A stretch of DNA of 64,000 bases from an uncultured virus (IMG/VR IMGVR_UViG_2875459517_000006) (taxonomy: Duplodnaviria > Heunggongvirae > Uroviricota > Caudoviricetes): IMG/VR virus record IMGVR_UViG_2875459517_000006, positions 1 to 64,000 of that record. One strand, 5' to 3'. Shown here piece by piece: positions 9,716 to 20,255 of this stretch. The stretch's first letter is position 1. Every line of letters begins with the position of its first letter. The notes below the pieces were generated by a model, which saw only the letters and a list, made by a program, of their open reading frames with translations, was not told where the DNA came from and searched no databases. Both the position numbers and the translations under genes were made by a program.

Positions 9716-12514
9716 TCACCTCCCGCTCCTTAGACTTTCTATATCGAGGCCATCTTGCTGGATCGCGCTTATATGCGGCTCAATGACGTGGCCTAGTTCG
9801 TATCCATCTACGATTATGGAAGCGCCACCCTTCGTCTTAATCGCCTGCTCAATCGAACTGAGCGCGCGTAGCATATCCGACGATAAGCCGGAATCTCCTC
9901 CGAGGCCCGTCGTGTGGCCTGCGTCAATCATTCGCATAAGATTCGCTTGCTGCGCTTCAGTAAGCACCATTTCGTTACGCAGGGCCCGGATATCGACTTC
10001 GTGACTCATCGGATTAGCGAATTGAGACGCTAGGCCGCCGATGTGAAGTTTATTGATCTGTCCGAGGCCGATGACGCCGCCAGTGTGGTAAGTACCTTCG
10101 TTCCCTTTTCCACGACTTACGGCACGCTCCGTCTTCATAGAAACATCCGAAGTAATTGTCGTGATTCGTTTCGTGATGTCCTTACTTAGAGTAGCGTTCA
10201 TTCTTTGGGCTTCAGACGTAATATCCGCGACCCGACCTCTTGCGGTACGAAGGTTTGCTATCTCGTCGTCAATTGCTTTAACAGACTTCCGATACTCATC
10301 CGTTTTACGATCAGCAACATTCGTGACATTTTTAAGGTTCGCCTTCGCATCTTGTAAGCGTCCAATCTCCTTATCGATCACTCTCACGCCTTCGCCCTTT
10401 TTGGCGTTTAATCCAACTTGACGGAGCTCAAGGTCGATCATTTTCTGATTAACGACATCTAGCTGATTGATATTCTCACGGGTCTTTTGGAGCTCTTGAT
10501 TCTTAGAGCTCAGGTTTTCCATATTTGTAGAAAACTGTTCTCGTAATCTCTGCAACTTTGTTTGCTCTAAGTTGAGCTCATTTTCAGCTATTGCCACCCG
10601 TGCGGTATCTTTAGCCTCTTTAGCTGCCGCCAATTCGCTCTCTTTAGCTGCCACAACTTGTAATTGATCAGATACCTGCTGCTCTAAATCGGATCGCTCT
10701 CTCGTCAACGCATTAACTTTTTCTTTTAATCGCGCTTCTTCGGCTATATATTTAGACATATTGGCCTCAGCTTTAGCCCTTTGGGTTTCCAGTTCTAGCC
10801 GGAGTTCCTCGGCTTTTTCTTTGTTAAGACGCTTTAATGCGTCCGTGTTCTTTGCTGCGGCATTGCCTTGCTCGCTGATTGCGGCCGCAGTGTCCGGAGC
10901 TTTTGCGATAACCTTATCGTTTAAATCTAAGTAGCGATTAAATTCCTCATTTGTAAGACCTGATTTTTTTCGCAGTTCTTCCTGTTCTTCCTTCATCCGT
11001 TTAATGGAATTGGCATCCGTCTCCGTTTTAATTCGATCATTCAAATCGAGATAGTAAACGAATTCATCGGCAGTCAGCTTCGTTTTATTTTGAAGTTTAT
11101 CGAACTCTTTCGTTAAGCTGTTGATAGAATCTATTTCCTTCTGCTTCGACTCGGCCGCCTCTAAACTAACGGTGTTCATCTGATCGTATCCCGCTTTCAC
11201 CCCGACAAGCGCTCCCGCTAATAAAGAGAGCCCGGTGATCACCCATCCGGCCGGACCCATCGCAACGAACAAACCGCGTACTGCGATTCCGAGTTTCATC
11301 ATGGAAGACGCAACCAGCGCTACCGCTGCCGCCGCTCCCGCCATTTCGATGCCCGTCGTAATGATCCCCGGATTCAGTTCGCTAAGGAACTCGACCACTT
11401 TCGTACCGGTTTCGACAATTTTTCGGAAAGTAGGTAAAAACTCGTTACCGATCGCGATTCCGAGGCCGTCGAGCGCAGACGTAAACTGTTCGAATGACCC
11501 TTTGAGGTTATCCATCTGCGTTTTCGCTACTTTGTCCGCTGTCCCGCCGGCTTCCTTCAGCGTCTTCGAGTAGTTGCGCAGTCCCTTTTCCCCCACGCCC
11601 AAGAGCGTAACGAATCCGGAAGCCGCTTCAACTCCGACGAGCTGTGCCGCCGCTGCCGTTTTCTGCGCCGACGTCATCCCTTCGAACTGCTTCGAAATAT
11701 GGCCGACGAGTTCCGGTATCGGCTTTAAGTTTCCGTGCGCGTCCTTTACTTCGATTCCGTACTTTTTCATCGCCTTGGCCGACTGACCGACCGGATTCGT
11801 AAGGTGTAAGAGTGACGCACGAAGCGCCGTACCCGCCATCGATCCCTGAATACCGGCATCTGACATTTTCGCAACGGCTGTCGCAGTATCTTCGATGGAG
11901 TATCCGAGAGAGTGCGCGACAGGGGCCACGAACTTCATCGCATCGCCTAATTGCGGCAGATCCGTATTGGCCGTCGTCATCGCTTTTACGAGTACGTCAA
12001 CGGCGTGTCCGGAGTCTTCTGCTTTAATGCCGAAGCCGGTCATGATGTTCGAAACGATATCCGCTGAACGGCCGAGTCCTTCGCCTGAAGCCGCAGCCAA
12101 GTTAAGCACGGCCGGCAACGATCCGACTTGCGCTTTTACGCTGAAGCCCGCCATCGCGAGGTATTGAAGACCTTCGGCCGCCTCGACTGCGGTGTATTTT
12201 GTTTCGGCGCCCATCTTAGCCGCGATGTTCTTCAGATCTTCGAAGTCCTGACCGGTCGCGCCGCTGATCGCTTTAACTCGCGACATGGCCTCCTCGAAGT
12301 CAGCCGCTTTCTTGACGGAGACACCGATGCCGGCTACGACTGCGCCTCCGACCGCAAGCGAAGCCTTTTGGACGAGGGCCATTTGCTTCGAGAGATTCGC
12401 AGATGAACGGCCCATTTGCGCCATATCATTTCGAATCTGTGCCTGCCTACGCGTCCAGTTTGACATGTCTAATTCAATACGCGCCCGGATTTCTCCGACT
12501 GTTGTTCCGGCCAT
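9716..12514 (-). CDS. Tape measure protein
   Basis: TP901-type TMP core ('FE.AMS.V.A', 'G..GS.AGTALR') and long coiled coil, after the tail chaperones. Confidence 0.93.
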   Translation of the reverse strand: MAGTTVGEIRARIELDMSNWTRRQAQIRNDMAQMGRSSANLSKQMALVQKASLAVGGAVVAGIGVSVKKAADFEEAMSRVKAISGATGQDFEDLKNIAAKMGAETKYTAVEAAEGLQYLAMAGFSVKAQVGSLPAVLNLAAASGEGLGRSADIVSNIMTGFGIKAEDSGHAVDVLVKAMTTANTDLPQLGDAMKFVAPVAHSLGYSIEDTATAVAKMSDAGIQGSMAGTALRASLLHLTNPVGQSAKAMKKYGIEVKDAHGNLKPIPELVGHISKQFEGMTSAQKTAAAAQLVGVEAASGFVTLLGVGEKGLRNYSKTLKEAGGTADKVAKTQMDNLKGSFEQFTSALDGLGIAIGNEFLPTFRKIVETGTKVVEFLSELNPGIITTGIEMAGAAAAVALVASSMMKLGIAVRGLFVAMGPAGWVITGLSLLAGALVGVKAGYDQMNTVSLEAAESKQKEIDSINSLTKEFDKLQNKTKLTADEFVYYLDLNDRIKTETDANSIKRMKEEQEELRKKSGLTNEEFNRYLDLNDKVIAKAPDTAAAISEQGNAAAKNTDALKRLNKEKAEELRLELETQRAKAEANMSKYIAEEARLKEKVNALTRERSDLEQQVSDQLQVVAAKESELAAAKEAKDTARVAIAENELNLEQTKLQRLREQFSTNMENLSSKNQELQKTRENINQLDVVNQKMIDLELRQVGLNAKKGEGVRVIDKEIGRLQDAKANLKNVTNVADRKTDEYRKSVKAIDDEIANLRTARGRVADITSEAQRMNATLSKDITKRITTITSDVSMKTERAVSRGKGNEGTYHTGGVIGLGQINKLHIGGLASQFANPMSHEVDIRALRNEMVLTEAQQANLMRMIDAGHTTGLGGDSGLSSDMLRALSSIEQAIKTKGGASIIVDGYELGHVIEPHISAIQQDGLDIESLRSGR

Positions 12515-13218
12515 CTATTTACCTCCTTTCCGAAAATTCCCCTGTAAAGCCCGTAGTTGTTCGAATTTATCACGGTCGAATTTCACTTCAGGGCGAAGTC
12601 CTGCCGCCCGAATCAACGTATTCATGAGCTGTTTATACTCGTCGTCCTCACTTGCCCGGCTATTCGTTGCAAGAAGTACGCGAATGTCTTCTATCCGCCT
12701 TACCGCGCCTCGCTTCGTCTTGGCGCGCACAAATTTCGGGATATCTACCATATAAAACTCGTTTTCTATCTGATACTGAGTGGCGCCTAAACTGATAGCC
12801 GCTTCGATTAGATAGTCGTCAATCGTATACGGATCGCCCTCTTCGTCTACTTTTCGAGTTTCGGAAGAAGGCTCTTCACGTTTTTTGCTTGTGAATCAAG
12901 GCGGTTCTTTTTAACGGTGAGCCTGATGTACTCGATAATTTCGTCTGTACCAACTTCTTCATGGATGTACTCAGCATCTACGCCGCTCAATAATGCCGTA
13001 ATCTCGACGATCTCATCCATGCCGACCTCAATTGCGTTCACTAAGTACGAGTAGAACTCCACTTTAGGTGCGCTAAAGACTTCCAGAACGAGAAACGGAA
13101 TTTTATCGAGTGCCGCGAAAAGCTGTTTCCATTTGGCCGGAGTAAGTTTCGCAACCTCGGCCGGATACTTTCCGAGCTGGACCGAATCAGTCTCCTGTTT
13201 CTTTTTGAAAATGTTCAT
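12515..13218 (-). CDS. Tail assembly chaperones gpG (12847-13218) and gpGT, linked by a -1 frameshift
   Basis: Slippery A_AAA_AAC at 12886-12880; the -1 frame stays open (REEPSSETRKVDEEGDPYTIDDYLIEAA...) into the 12515-12751 ORF. Confidence 0.85.
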
Positions 13219-13275
13219 GCGACTCTCCTTTCGTTAATTAAAAAGACACCGCCTCTCGACGATGCCTTTCGTTTG

Positions 13276-13830
13276 TTATTCGCTGCCGGTTCCGGAAGAG
13301 GTCCCGGCCGTTTCGTCGCCCATAATAAAAAGATCGCCGTCTCCCATCGTGTCCGGATAACCGGTAAACGTTAGGTTAGCGATCCTCTCATTATCGGAAT
13401 CATACGTATATTCGATGTCAGTCGACGCACCAGCTAACGGAATCGTGAGCCAGTCGTTGGCCGTCGCTTCCGGATCTGTCGGCTTAATTCGTAAAGGCTT
13501 CGCATCCTTCAGTAAGTCATATCCGGCTTTTCCGCTGACCACCAGCTTCTTTTTGTCTCCGTCAGACACGTACTTACTGTTCGGCACCGCCTTATGAATC
13601 TTTTCTAAATCATAGATCGCAAACGGTACGGTACATTCGCAGGTTCCGCCCTTTGTCCGTGAACCTACGATCGAGTCACCGTATTGGTCGACCGTTGTAT
13701 CCTGCTTAGACATCTGCGCCTTAAAAACGATGCCGCCCTTCGTGATGTCAAACGTCACCATATCCTTACCCTCGCCGTATTCGACGATTGCGGGGCCGAT
13801 AGGAACTTGAATCGTTTTAATTCCAGCCAT
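13276..13830 (-). CDS. Major tail protein
   Basis: Position and beta-rich tail-tube-like sequence ('DITKGG', 'DQYG'). Confidence 0.75.
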   Translation of the reverse strand: MAGIKTIQVPIGPAIVEYGEGKDMVTFDITKGGIVFKAQMSKQDTTVDQYGDSIVGSRTKGGTCECTVPFAIYDLEKIHKAVPNSKYVSDGDKKKLVVSGKAGYDLLKDAKPLRIKPTDPEATANDWLTIPLAGASTDIEYTYDSDNERIANLTFTGYPDTMGDGDLFIMGDETAGTSSGTGSE

Positions 13831-13854
13831 CCGTTTTCCTCCTTTATTTTTGCA

Positions 13855-14244
13855 TTAAAAAAGCGCCCGGTTAGGGCGCACTACACAATCGAAATTTAAC
13901 GAGTATTGGGGACGATCATTGTCGTCGTATCCGATAAATAACGGCACCGAATTGGCCGCACGGATAACAACGATGGAGCTATTACCGATAAACACTTCGC
14001 GAAGGTTCTTTAACGCTTCCTGAAGCTGGTACGCTTTCTCTTCGCAGTCAGCGTCACCCCTTGCCTTTCCTCGTACGATTATTTGAAACGACGGCTGACT
14101 CTTTCCGGTCCATTGAGACGGAGGAAATCCGCCTGTAAATCGCACATAAGTACATTCGTCCGCCGCATTCCGCGGGAATCCGTTTGCGTAATAAACGCCG
14201 TCAACCCGCGACTGTATAAACGAGATTAATTCGGTTATCTTCAA
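13855..14244 (-). CDS. Tail terminator / tail completion protein
   Basis: 'PSFQIIVRG...P..IG.D.N.R..YSLNF', upstream of the major tail protein. Confidence 0.7.
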   Translation of the reverse strand: MKITELISFIQSRVDGVYYANGFPRNAADECTYVRFTGGFPPSQWTGKSQPSFQIIVRGKARGDADCEEKAYQLQEALKNLREVFIGNSSIVVIRAANSVPLFIGYDDNDRPQYSLNFDCVVRPNRALF

Positions 14245-14250
14245 CGAGTA

Positions 14251-14658
14251 TCACAACTCCCTTCTTACCGCGTCTGCTACGTGATTAATGTATTTCTGCG
14301 ATTCACCTTTCAGCGGACGTTCCAGATATTTGTTGCCGACTGGATAACCGTTGATTCCGCCTGCACTTGCCGAAACTGGTCCGAGGTTGTAATCCGCTTC
14401 GTGAGTCCATAGCGCATAGTTAAAGCCTTTATCAACGGCTCGGAACGATACCTCACCGATCAGGCTATCGCGTTTTAGCGTAACCTTCTTTTTCATGCCG
14501 CGACGGAGCGTAGCTTTATCGATCGGGGCGATATTTTGCGCAAGTCTAGCGAGGTCATCCGTGTTATCATGCATCGCTGTCTTCGCTGCCTGCTCAACGG
14601 CTGCCTCTCGGCTATCCAACAACGATAGAAAATCGCCAGCATCCAACGTAAAACTCAT
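14251..14658 (-). CDS. HK97 gp10-like neck protein
   Basis: 'AP.D...LR', 'YA...HE', 'KYLERP' motifs. Confidence 0.75.
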   Translation of the reverse strand: MSFTLDAGDFLSLLDSREAAVEQAAKTAMHDNTDDLARLAQNIAPIDKATLRRGMKKKVTLKRDSLIGEVSFRAVDKGFNYALWTHEADYNLGPVSASAGGINGYPVGNKYLERPLKGESQKYINHVADAVRREL

Positions 14659-14990
14659 ACGATTACCTCGGTCAGAATCGGCTTACCGCTGACATGCCGT
14701 TTCACATTTATTTCCTTCGGTTTACGTTCAATAGTTTCGCCCAGCTCGTTCGTGAACGCGAGTGTATCCGTATACCTGATGTCGGCTAATGTATCGACCA
14801 ATATACGCGCCGTGGCTACGACTTCCTCGCTCTTCACAACGCCGGAAGAACGTGAATTCGCAATAGTAGATCCTTCGTCGATTCGGCACTTAATTTCGAA
14901 CGGCTCGACGTTCACAGGGTTTCCCCATACGTCTATTTCGTCTGAAGCACGAGTAACGGTCACGACCTGACGCATTGGTATGATCGCCAA
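14655..14990 (-). CDS. Head-closure / head-tail joining protein
   Basis: Synteny; 'D.WGNP' motif. Confidence 0.6.
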   Translation of the reverse strand: MAIIPMRQVVTVTRASDEIDVWGNPVNVEPFEIKCRIDEGSTIANSRSSGVVKSEEVVATARILVDTLADIRYTDTLAFTNELGETIERKPKEINVKRHVSGKPILTEVIV

Positions 14991-15383
14991 CTACATCACC
15001 GTCGCTTTTACGGTCCGGCCGCTAAGTTTTACGTCGTTCTCTTCTTCGATCAGGTCGATTGTCTTTTTGGGTATGAGAGACTCATCGTCAGCTCGAAGCG
15101 TTTCCTTATACGTAAACGACCCGACGCCGGTGAGTGAGAAAGACGCGATGCCGTGCTTATTCAGACGGTTCGTATCGTTATAAGCAGTCGCAAGCACATT
15201 CGTAAACTCGTAAACTGCGTCGTCAGGAATGACGTACTTACGAAACTTTCGAGCCAAGACGTCCTCGGCTACGTTTAGTACACGCTGCTGCTTTGCGAAG
15301 TCATAGTCGTTCCAATCCTCGTTATCGATTGTCATTCGGTTGATATATTCGTTTGCAGCTTCTACGCTTAAAGCCATACGCAC
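14991..15383 (-). CDS. Head-tail adaptor
   Basis: Synteny; 'A.EY...W......Q..L..A', 'GI.SFS..G' pattern. Confidence 0.6.
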   Translation of the reverse strand: MRMALSVEAANEYINRMTIDNEDWNDYDFAKQQRVLNVAEDVLARKFRKYVIPDDAVYEFTNVLATAYNDTNRLNKHGIASFSLTGVGSFTYKETLRADDESLIPKKTIDLIEEENDVKLSGRTVKATVM

Positions 15384-15391
15384 AGCCCTCC

Positions 15392-15610
15392 TTATTTTCC
15401 GGAGGACTTACGTGCAGGCTTTTTCGGCGCCTTTGCCTCCGCCTTTTCCGTCTCACCGTCTGACACAACACAGCTAATCCATCGCGGACATAATGCATTC
15501 AACTGCTTAATTTCGGCCGGAACATCGGTTTCGTAAACGCCTTTATGGTCGAAAACGATCGTCTGGTCGGTGCCTACGGAATAAAACGGAGAAGCCTTAT
15601 AGACGGCCAT
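15392..15610 (-). CDS. Small hypothetical head-module protein
   Basis: Tightly packed ORF in the head operon. Confidence 0.55.
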   Translation of the reverse strand: MAVYKASPFYSVGTDQTIVFDHKGVYETDVPAEIKQLNALCPRWISCVVSDGETEKAEAKAPKKPARKSSGK

Positions 15611-15612
15611 TA

Positions 15613-15867
15613 TTACGAGCCAGCTCCCTCTAACGCTTTAAGCCGCGCGATGATGTCGTCATACTGCGCTTTGGTTCCGAACCCGTCCGCTCCTTTTGGT
15701 CCGGTATCGCCTTTCGGTCCTTGAGGTCCGGTGTCCCCTTTATCGCCTTTCGGACCGGCCGTGCCTCCGCCTTCCTGTAATTCCTGAATGATGTCACCGA
15801 GCTTTAGATCGTGGGCGACTGGCATAGATTCATTTAATCTCCGTTTCTGATCATCTGTAATTGCCAT
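15613..15867 (-). CDS. Collagen-repeat small virion protein (possible head fibre or decoration)
   Basis: Gly-X-Y run (GPKGDKGDTGPQGPKGDTGPKG) immediately after the capsid gene. Confidence 0.65.
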   Translation of the reverse strand: MAITDDQKRRLNESMPVAHDLKLGDIIQELQEGGGTAGPKGDKGDTGPQGPKGDTGPKGADGFGTKAQYDDIIARLKALEGAGS

Positions 15868-15887
15868 TGTTGGCCTCCTTTCAAATT

Positions 15888-15910
15888 AAAAAGACGGGCC
15901 GAAGCCCGTC
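15888..15910 (-). terminator. Intrinsic terminator after the major capsid gene
   Basis: GACGGGC-TTCG-GCCCGTC stem followed by a T-run on the minus strand. Confidence 0.8.
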
Positions 15911-15918
15911 GATTGTCA

Positions 15919-17022
15919 TTAAGATACAGTTGTCGAGATATTTTCGAGAATAGCGATTTTTTCGTTCGCGTTTTTGATCTTGATTCCGTATTCACCACGG
16001 ATCTGACGCGCAACAAAGTCAGCTCCCGGAACTGTAGCATCCTCGTCATATACAGAACGCCCGCTCAATGGGTGAAGAGAGAGAATGTTACGGTCGAACA
16101 AAGCGATTTTGTTCTTAGGGAAGTTCGGATCTACAACTACAGTCGCAACTCCGCCACCTACCATATCAGAAACGAATGTGCTTACGCGATGCCCTGTAGC
16201 CGCGTCCGTTCTCTCTGTGCGGATAGTATCTTTCGCCAATTTCGAAATTTGACGAGCGCCCGCAGTATTGGTGAGAATCGTGTTAGCAGATCCGCCTCTT
16301 AAATACACTTGCTCCATAACATCGTTAATTGCCTTAGCCCCAACCTCTTCTCCTTTTAGGTTAGCTTTAGCAGCGCCTTTCAAGTTCGCAAAGGTCAGTA
16401 AACCGCCAGTTGTACGAGGCCTACCGTCAATTCTGCGGCCGTAGATCAACCAATCGTTAAATTCACGCGCCATCTCTTTAAGGCGTAGTTGTACTTGATA
16501 GTCAAGTTCGTTCGATACGTTATGTGTACGGACTGCTTGTTGAGTGTTCGATACGGCAGCGTATCTCTCAATGATTTGCGTGAAATTGTAATCTACATAA
16601 CGGTCGTGACCTTCATCGATACCGACACCCGCGCCTTCATTTTGCGGACGGGAAACAATACGCAGCTCAGAACCGGCTTTGATTTCCTCTTGAACTGTTC
16701 CGTCAAATCCGCGAACAACCGTTAGCACATCGCCGGACACGTTAGTAACCTTCAGATACTCTTCGCCAAAAACGACGATGGCATCTTTACGAAACTTCTC
16801 TCCGTCATCTTCCGCCACAGTAATTTTTCCATCTTCCGCTACCGATTTAACAGTTGCGAGGTTTGAGTTCAATCGATCAGACATCCACTCGAATTTAGTC
16901 TGGTAGAGCGCCTCTCCGTTTAAGCCGATCAGACCGAGTAATGTCGGCTCATCCTGAATAATAAGGTCAATCCCGGCGTCAAGCTGACGTACCTGATCTT
17001 TAAAATCGTAACTAGTTAACAT
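15919..17022 (-). CDS. Major capsid protein
   Basis: 367 aa after the scaffold; 'N.TQI....VS.T', 'R.TGGL', 'GEYG' typical of SU10/DUF5309-like capsids. Confidence 0.85.
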   Translation of the reverse strand: MLTSYDFKDQVRQLDAGIDLIIQDEPTLLGLIGLNGEALYQTKFEWMSDRLNSNLATVKSVAEDGKITVAEDDGEKFRKDAIVVFGEEYLKVTNVSGDVLTVVRGFDGTVQEEIKAGSELRIVSRPQNEGAGVGIDEGHDRYVDYNFTQIIERYAAVSNTQQAVRTHNVSNELDYQVQLRLKEMAREFNDWLIYGRRIDGRPRTTGGLLTFANLKGAAKANLKGEEVGAKAINDVMEQVYLRGGSANTILTNTAGARQISKLAKDTIRTERTDAATGHRVSTFVSDMVGGGVATVVVDPNFPKNKIALFDRNILSLHPLSGRSVYDEDATVPGADFVARQIRGEYGIKIKNANEKIAILENISTTVS

Positions 17023-17033
17023 TTATTTTCCCC

Positions 17034-17705
17034 CTACTTCTTCAAAAGTGATTTCAATTTGTTTGAAAGCTCGATTACCTTCGAAAAATTCTTTTCTTTC
17101 CTTGCTTCGCTTAGCTGCGCTTCTAACGTCTTGATTTCACCGCCGTCTCCGTCTCCTCCACTATTAGAGGGCTGGCCGATCGGTTTGAGCGTTTGTTGTT
17201 TCGCAACCAAGTACGGTTTATTGTCAACGAGCCCCTTTACAACGTCCTCCATGCCGATTACTTTTCCGTCCTCAACCTTTACCGCGGATAGGTCAGCCAG
17301 ACGTAAAGCGTCGTCAATGTAGGCGATGCCGTTGCTCGTAGCAACCTTGATAAATTCGTTCGCCACTTTTTCCTGTTCAGCAGCCGCTTTTAAATCTTCA
17401 ATCTGCTTTACGTAGGTGGCTTCAGCTTCGGCCTTTTCGTCGAGCTGTTTCGTAAGCTTTTCCAGCTCGGTCATTTCCGCCTCTTCGCGTTCTTTCTGGG
17501 CTTTTTCGTAATCGCTAAGTTTCGCCTTCACTTCGTCATAGTCAGCGTACTTGTTCTTAACGCGCCCCTTTTCGCGAGCAATTACAGCGTTAAATTCCTC
17601 TTGCGTCATAGTCACCGTCTGTACTTCAGGTTTATTTTCCGGCACCTCAGCCGTAGTTTGATCGGTAACCTCGCTTGTTTGCGTTTCTTTAAGTTCTTCG
17701 CTCAT
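17034..17705 (-). CDS. Capsid scaffolding protein
   Basis: Acidic coiled coil 'TQEE.NA.IA....R...KYADY', 'KPYL'. Confidence 0.85.
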   Translation of the reverse strand: MSEELKETQTSEVTDQTTAEVPENKPEVQTVTMTQEEFNAVIAREKGRVKNKYADYDEVKAKLSDYEKAQKEREEAEMTELEKLTKQLDEKAEAEATYVKQIEDLKAAAEQEKVANEFIKVATSNGIAYIDDALRLADLSAVKVEDGKVIGMEDVVKGLVDNKPYLVAKQQTLKPIGQPSNSGGDGDGGEIKTLEAQLSEARKEKNFSKVIELSNKLKSLLKK

Positions 17706-17797
17706 ACAGTCCCTCCACCGCTTAAAGCCCGTCGGCTATTGAGTGATGCAGCCGTTTCTTTTAACGTCATAACGTTCGGACAAAATAAAAAAAAGCG

Positions 17798-18622
17798 CTA
17801 CACGGCGCTTGATGGGTTTCTTATTGTAGAAATTACGTGCTTACAACGCGGGTGAAATATCTCCCCGGTCGCTTTGAGTTCGTCATATGTCGGATAATTG
17901 CCGGGAGCATCGTCGGTCAGCTTAATGATTTGTCCCTCGTGGAGACGGCATAGATCCTTCGCTCCGTGCGACGAAATTTGCGCATAATATGCGCCACGAC
18001 TTACCGCCTCATTCGTATGGGCTTCCCGGTAGGTTTCCATCATTTTTGTACGGACGACCATGTCCGCATACACTTCCGGCTTCCATCGATTTCCCCTCGC
18101 GTCAATAATGCCAGTACTCACCGAAGCTCGAAGAGACTTGCGTACCAAATCCGTTATGCTGCGCCGTCCGTTCGTCCCTTTGGTCATATTAAGACGCATC
18201 GAATCCGAAACGGCTTTCCTCACGGCGGCACGCGTCTTCCTATCGACGTTTTGCGTAATCGCTAACAAATCCGACTGCGTATCCGCTACAGCAGCCGCAA
18301 CCATGTACTCGTTTACCTCGTTAAAAGCAACGACCTTTTCCGCGTCCGCCACCGTCTTTGCTACGTCCAGAGCGACCAGTGCCCGCGCAATACCATCGGT
18401 GGCCGCCTTCGGAACATTCTTTTTGACCCATGCGGAAGATTTTTCGTCTAAATCGCTGAGGATCTCGCTAATAGATTTCAAGGTCGCCAACGCGTTAGCC
18501 CTTCGAAAGTTATCGAGGTCAATTCGTTCAAGCTCCGCCAAAATGTCTCGTACTGCTTCCTGATAATATCCGGCAAGCCGATTCGTCTGATAATCGTATT
18601 GAGGTTCAGGAGAACGAGGCAT
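17798..18622 (-). CDS. Minor capsid / head morphogenesis protein
   Basis: 'G.RW...Y..MV.RT', 'S.HGA.D.C...EG', 'FHPRCKH'. Confidence 0.8.
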   Translation of the reverse strand: MPRSPEPQYDYQTNRLAGYYQEAVRDILAELERIDLDNFRRANALATLKSISEILSDLDEKSSAWVKKNVPKAATDGIARALVALDVAKTVADAEKVVAFNEVNEYMVAAAVADTQSDLLAITQNVDRKTRAAVRKAVSDSMRLNMTKGTNGRRSITDLVRKSLRASVSTGIIDARGNRWKPEVYADMVVRTKMMETYREAHTNEAVSRGAYYAQISSHGAKDLCRLHEGQIIKLTDDAPGNYPTYDELKATGEIFHPRCKHVISTIRNPSSAV

Positions 18623-20253
18623 TAACTATCGTCCTCCTCTGCGATTTCCTCTTTATCCTCGTCCGAAGGGTTCTTTTCCGGTTCTTCCTTGTTGAAAATC
18701 GATCCGTCAACAAAGCCGCTCGTCGTTTTTTCGTCTTCTTCAATGCGGCGAATGATTTCGTCAGCTTTTTCGTCGTCCACATCGTCCTGCTGTTTAATGG
18801 CTCCGCGAACATCAATCGTAGGCTTGCCGCCTGTACGGATTTGCATAATCTCAGCGAGCTCTTTTTCATTCTTCGGAAGTCCGTCGCTCCAAATAGCCCG
18901 CGGATAAACCGCATTTTCAACATCAATGACCCCGACTGCTTTTTCGAGCAGCATACACGTCCAAAGCGCATCGCGTATTGCTTTATCGTAATGGGCGCGA
19001 ATACGTTTTATTTTCGAAAGTATAGGCATGAATCGAGCTTTTATCGCCGCGCCGTCTGTATGCGAAGTCCCGGTCCCACCAGAATTATCTCCAGACATTG
19101 TGGTTCCGAAAAGCCATTGTGGAGTCTCAGACATCTGAAAGATAATACTCAATAGCATGTCGAGCTGTTTGAACGCGGCATCTAGCTGAGCCTGCCACAC
19201 CATATATCCGGGCGTTGGGTCGTCTTTATTTACCGGAATGTATTTGCCGCCAAACTGAACGGCTCCGTTAGTCGCTTCTAAATCTGGACCATACGCTGTA
19301 GGGTCACTGTGTTTCCAAAGAATATAATCGATCTGAACAAGCCGGTCGTTGATCGCTGCGAATACCGTTTCGATCTTCTCCAACCCGCCAATACCGAAAT
19401 AACTGTCATCGATAGACTTGTACGGAATGTGAAAGACCGGGATGTGCGGGAGGAACGTTTCTTCGTGATCTTCTTCGCGACCCGTTGGCACCTCTTCGCC
19501 TACATTGAAAACGCTGATTGGGGCGCCACCGGAAACATCGACGCCGTTCTGGTATAGTCTGTATCGCGCATAGAAGATATGGCCCGGTATATGGCGCTCT
19601 ACGTTTAGGAAAGGAATTTCCGTCTGTTCCGTCTCTACCCATTCGACTTGGGCTATATTGACCGCTTTGATCTGCTTAACGTTTCCTGCTGAAAACTCAG
19701 GGAAAACACAATTTGCATTAACGTGCTCAACAACGGCCTCCATTTTCGCATCTTCCGGAACCTCTAAGCCCATCGCGACGAGCTCGGAATAGTCTTGTCG
19801 ATAACCAAACCGCACTTTAATCCACGCGTCACCGCGATATCCGTTCGACATGGCGCTCTCGTGCAGCAGTTGGTTGAGGTCGTTTTCTTCTACGTATCTG
19901 TTGAGCGCTGTTTGCTCTTTGCTAGTGTCATCCAGCCCGCTCTCAAAATGAACAGGCTCTCCGACGAGCATATCCGCGGGCTTGGTGACGAGTATGTCCG
20001 CCAAATTAACCGCGATATAGAGCTTTTCGAGCTGTTTCGATTGTGGCGAATCTTTTAAAATATCCGTAGCTCTTTCGTACACGTCTCGGTGCTTCCCTTC
20101 GAAGAGCTTACGCATACGCTTATATTTCGCCAATCTCTCGATTGAGTCATCCGGAGGAAATTGCGCGCCTTCACGAATGATGCTGTATGTCTTTTTGACT
20201 GTGTACTCATCCGAAGGCCGGTCGTGTTTCTTTAGTAAGTTGAAAAACCCCAA
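18622..20253 (-). CDS. Portal protein (SPP1 gp6-like)
   Basis: 543 aa, 'AD.L.GEP', 'W.DGLP', acidic tail, packaging context. Confidence 0.88.
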   Translation of the reverse strand: MGFFNLLKKHDRPSDEYTVKKTYSIIREGAQFPPDDSIERLAKYKRMRKLFEGKHRDVYERATDILKDSPQSKQLEKLYIAVNLADILVTKPADMLVGEPVHFESGLDDTSKEQTALNRYVEENDLNQLLHESAMSNGYRGDAWIKVRFGYRQDYSELVAMGLEVPEDAKMEAVVEHVNANCVFPEFSAGNVKQIKAVNIAQVEWVETEQTEIPFLNVERHIPGHIFYARYRLYQNGVDVSGGAPISVFNVGEEVPTGREEDHEETFLPHIPVFHIPYKSIDDSYFGIGGLEKIETVFAAINDRLVQIDYILWKHSDPTAYGPDLEATNGAVQFGGKYIPVNKDDPTPGYMVWQAQLDAAFKQLDMLLSIIFQMSETPQWLFGTTMSGDNSGGTGTSHTDGAAIKARFMPILSKIKRIRAHYDKAIRDALWTCMLLEKAVGVIDVENAVYPRAIWSDGLPKNEKELAEIMQIRTGGKPTIDVRGAIKQQDDVDDEKADEIIRRIEEDEKTTSGFVDGSIFNKEEPEKNPSDEDKEEIAEEDDS

Positions 20254-20255
20254 CG

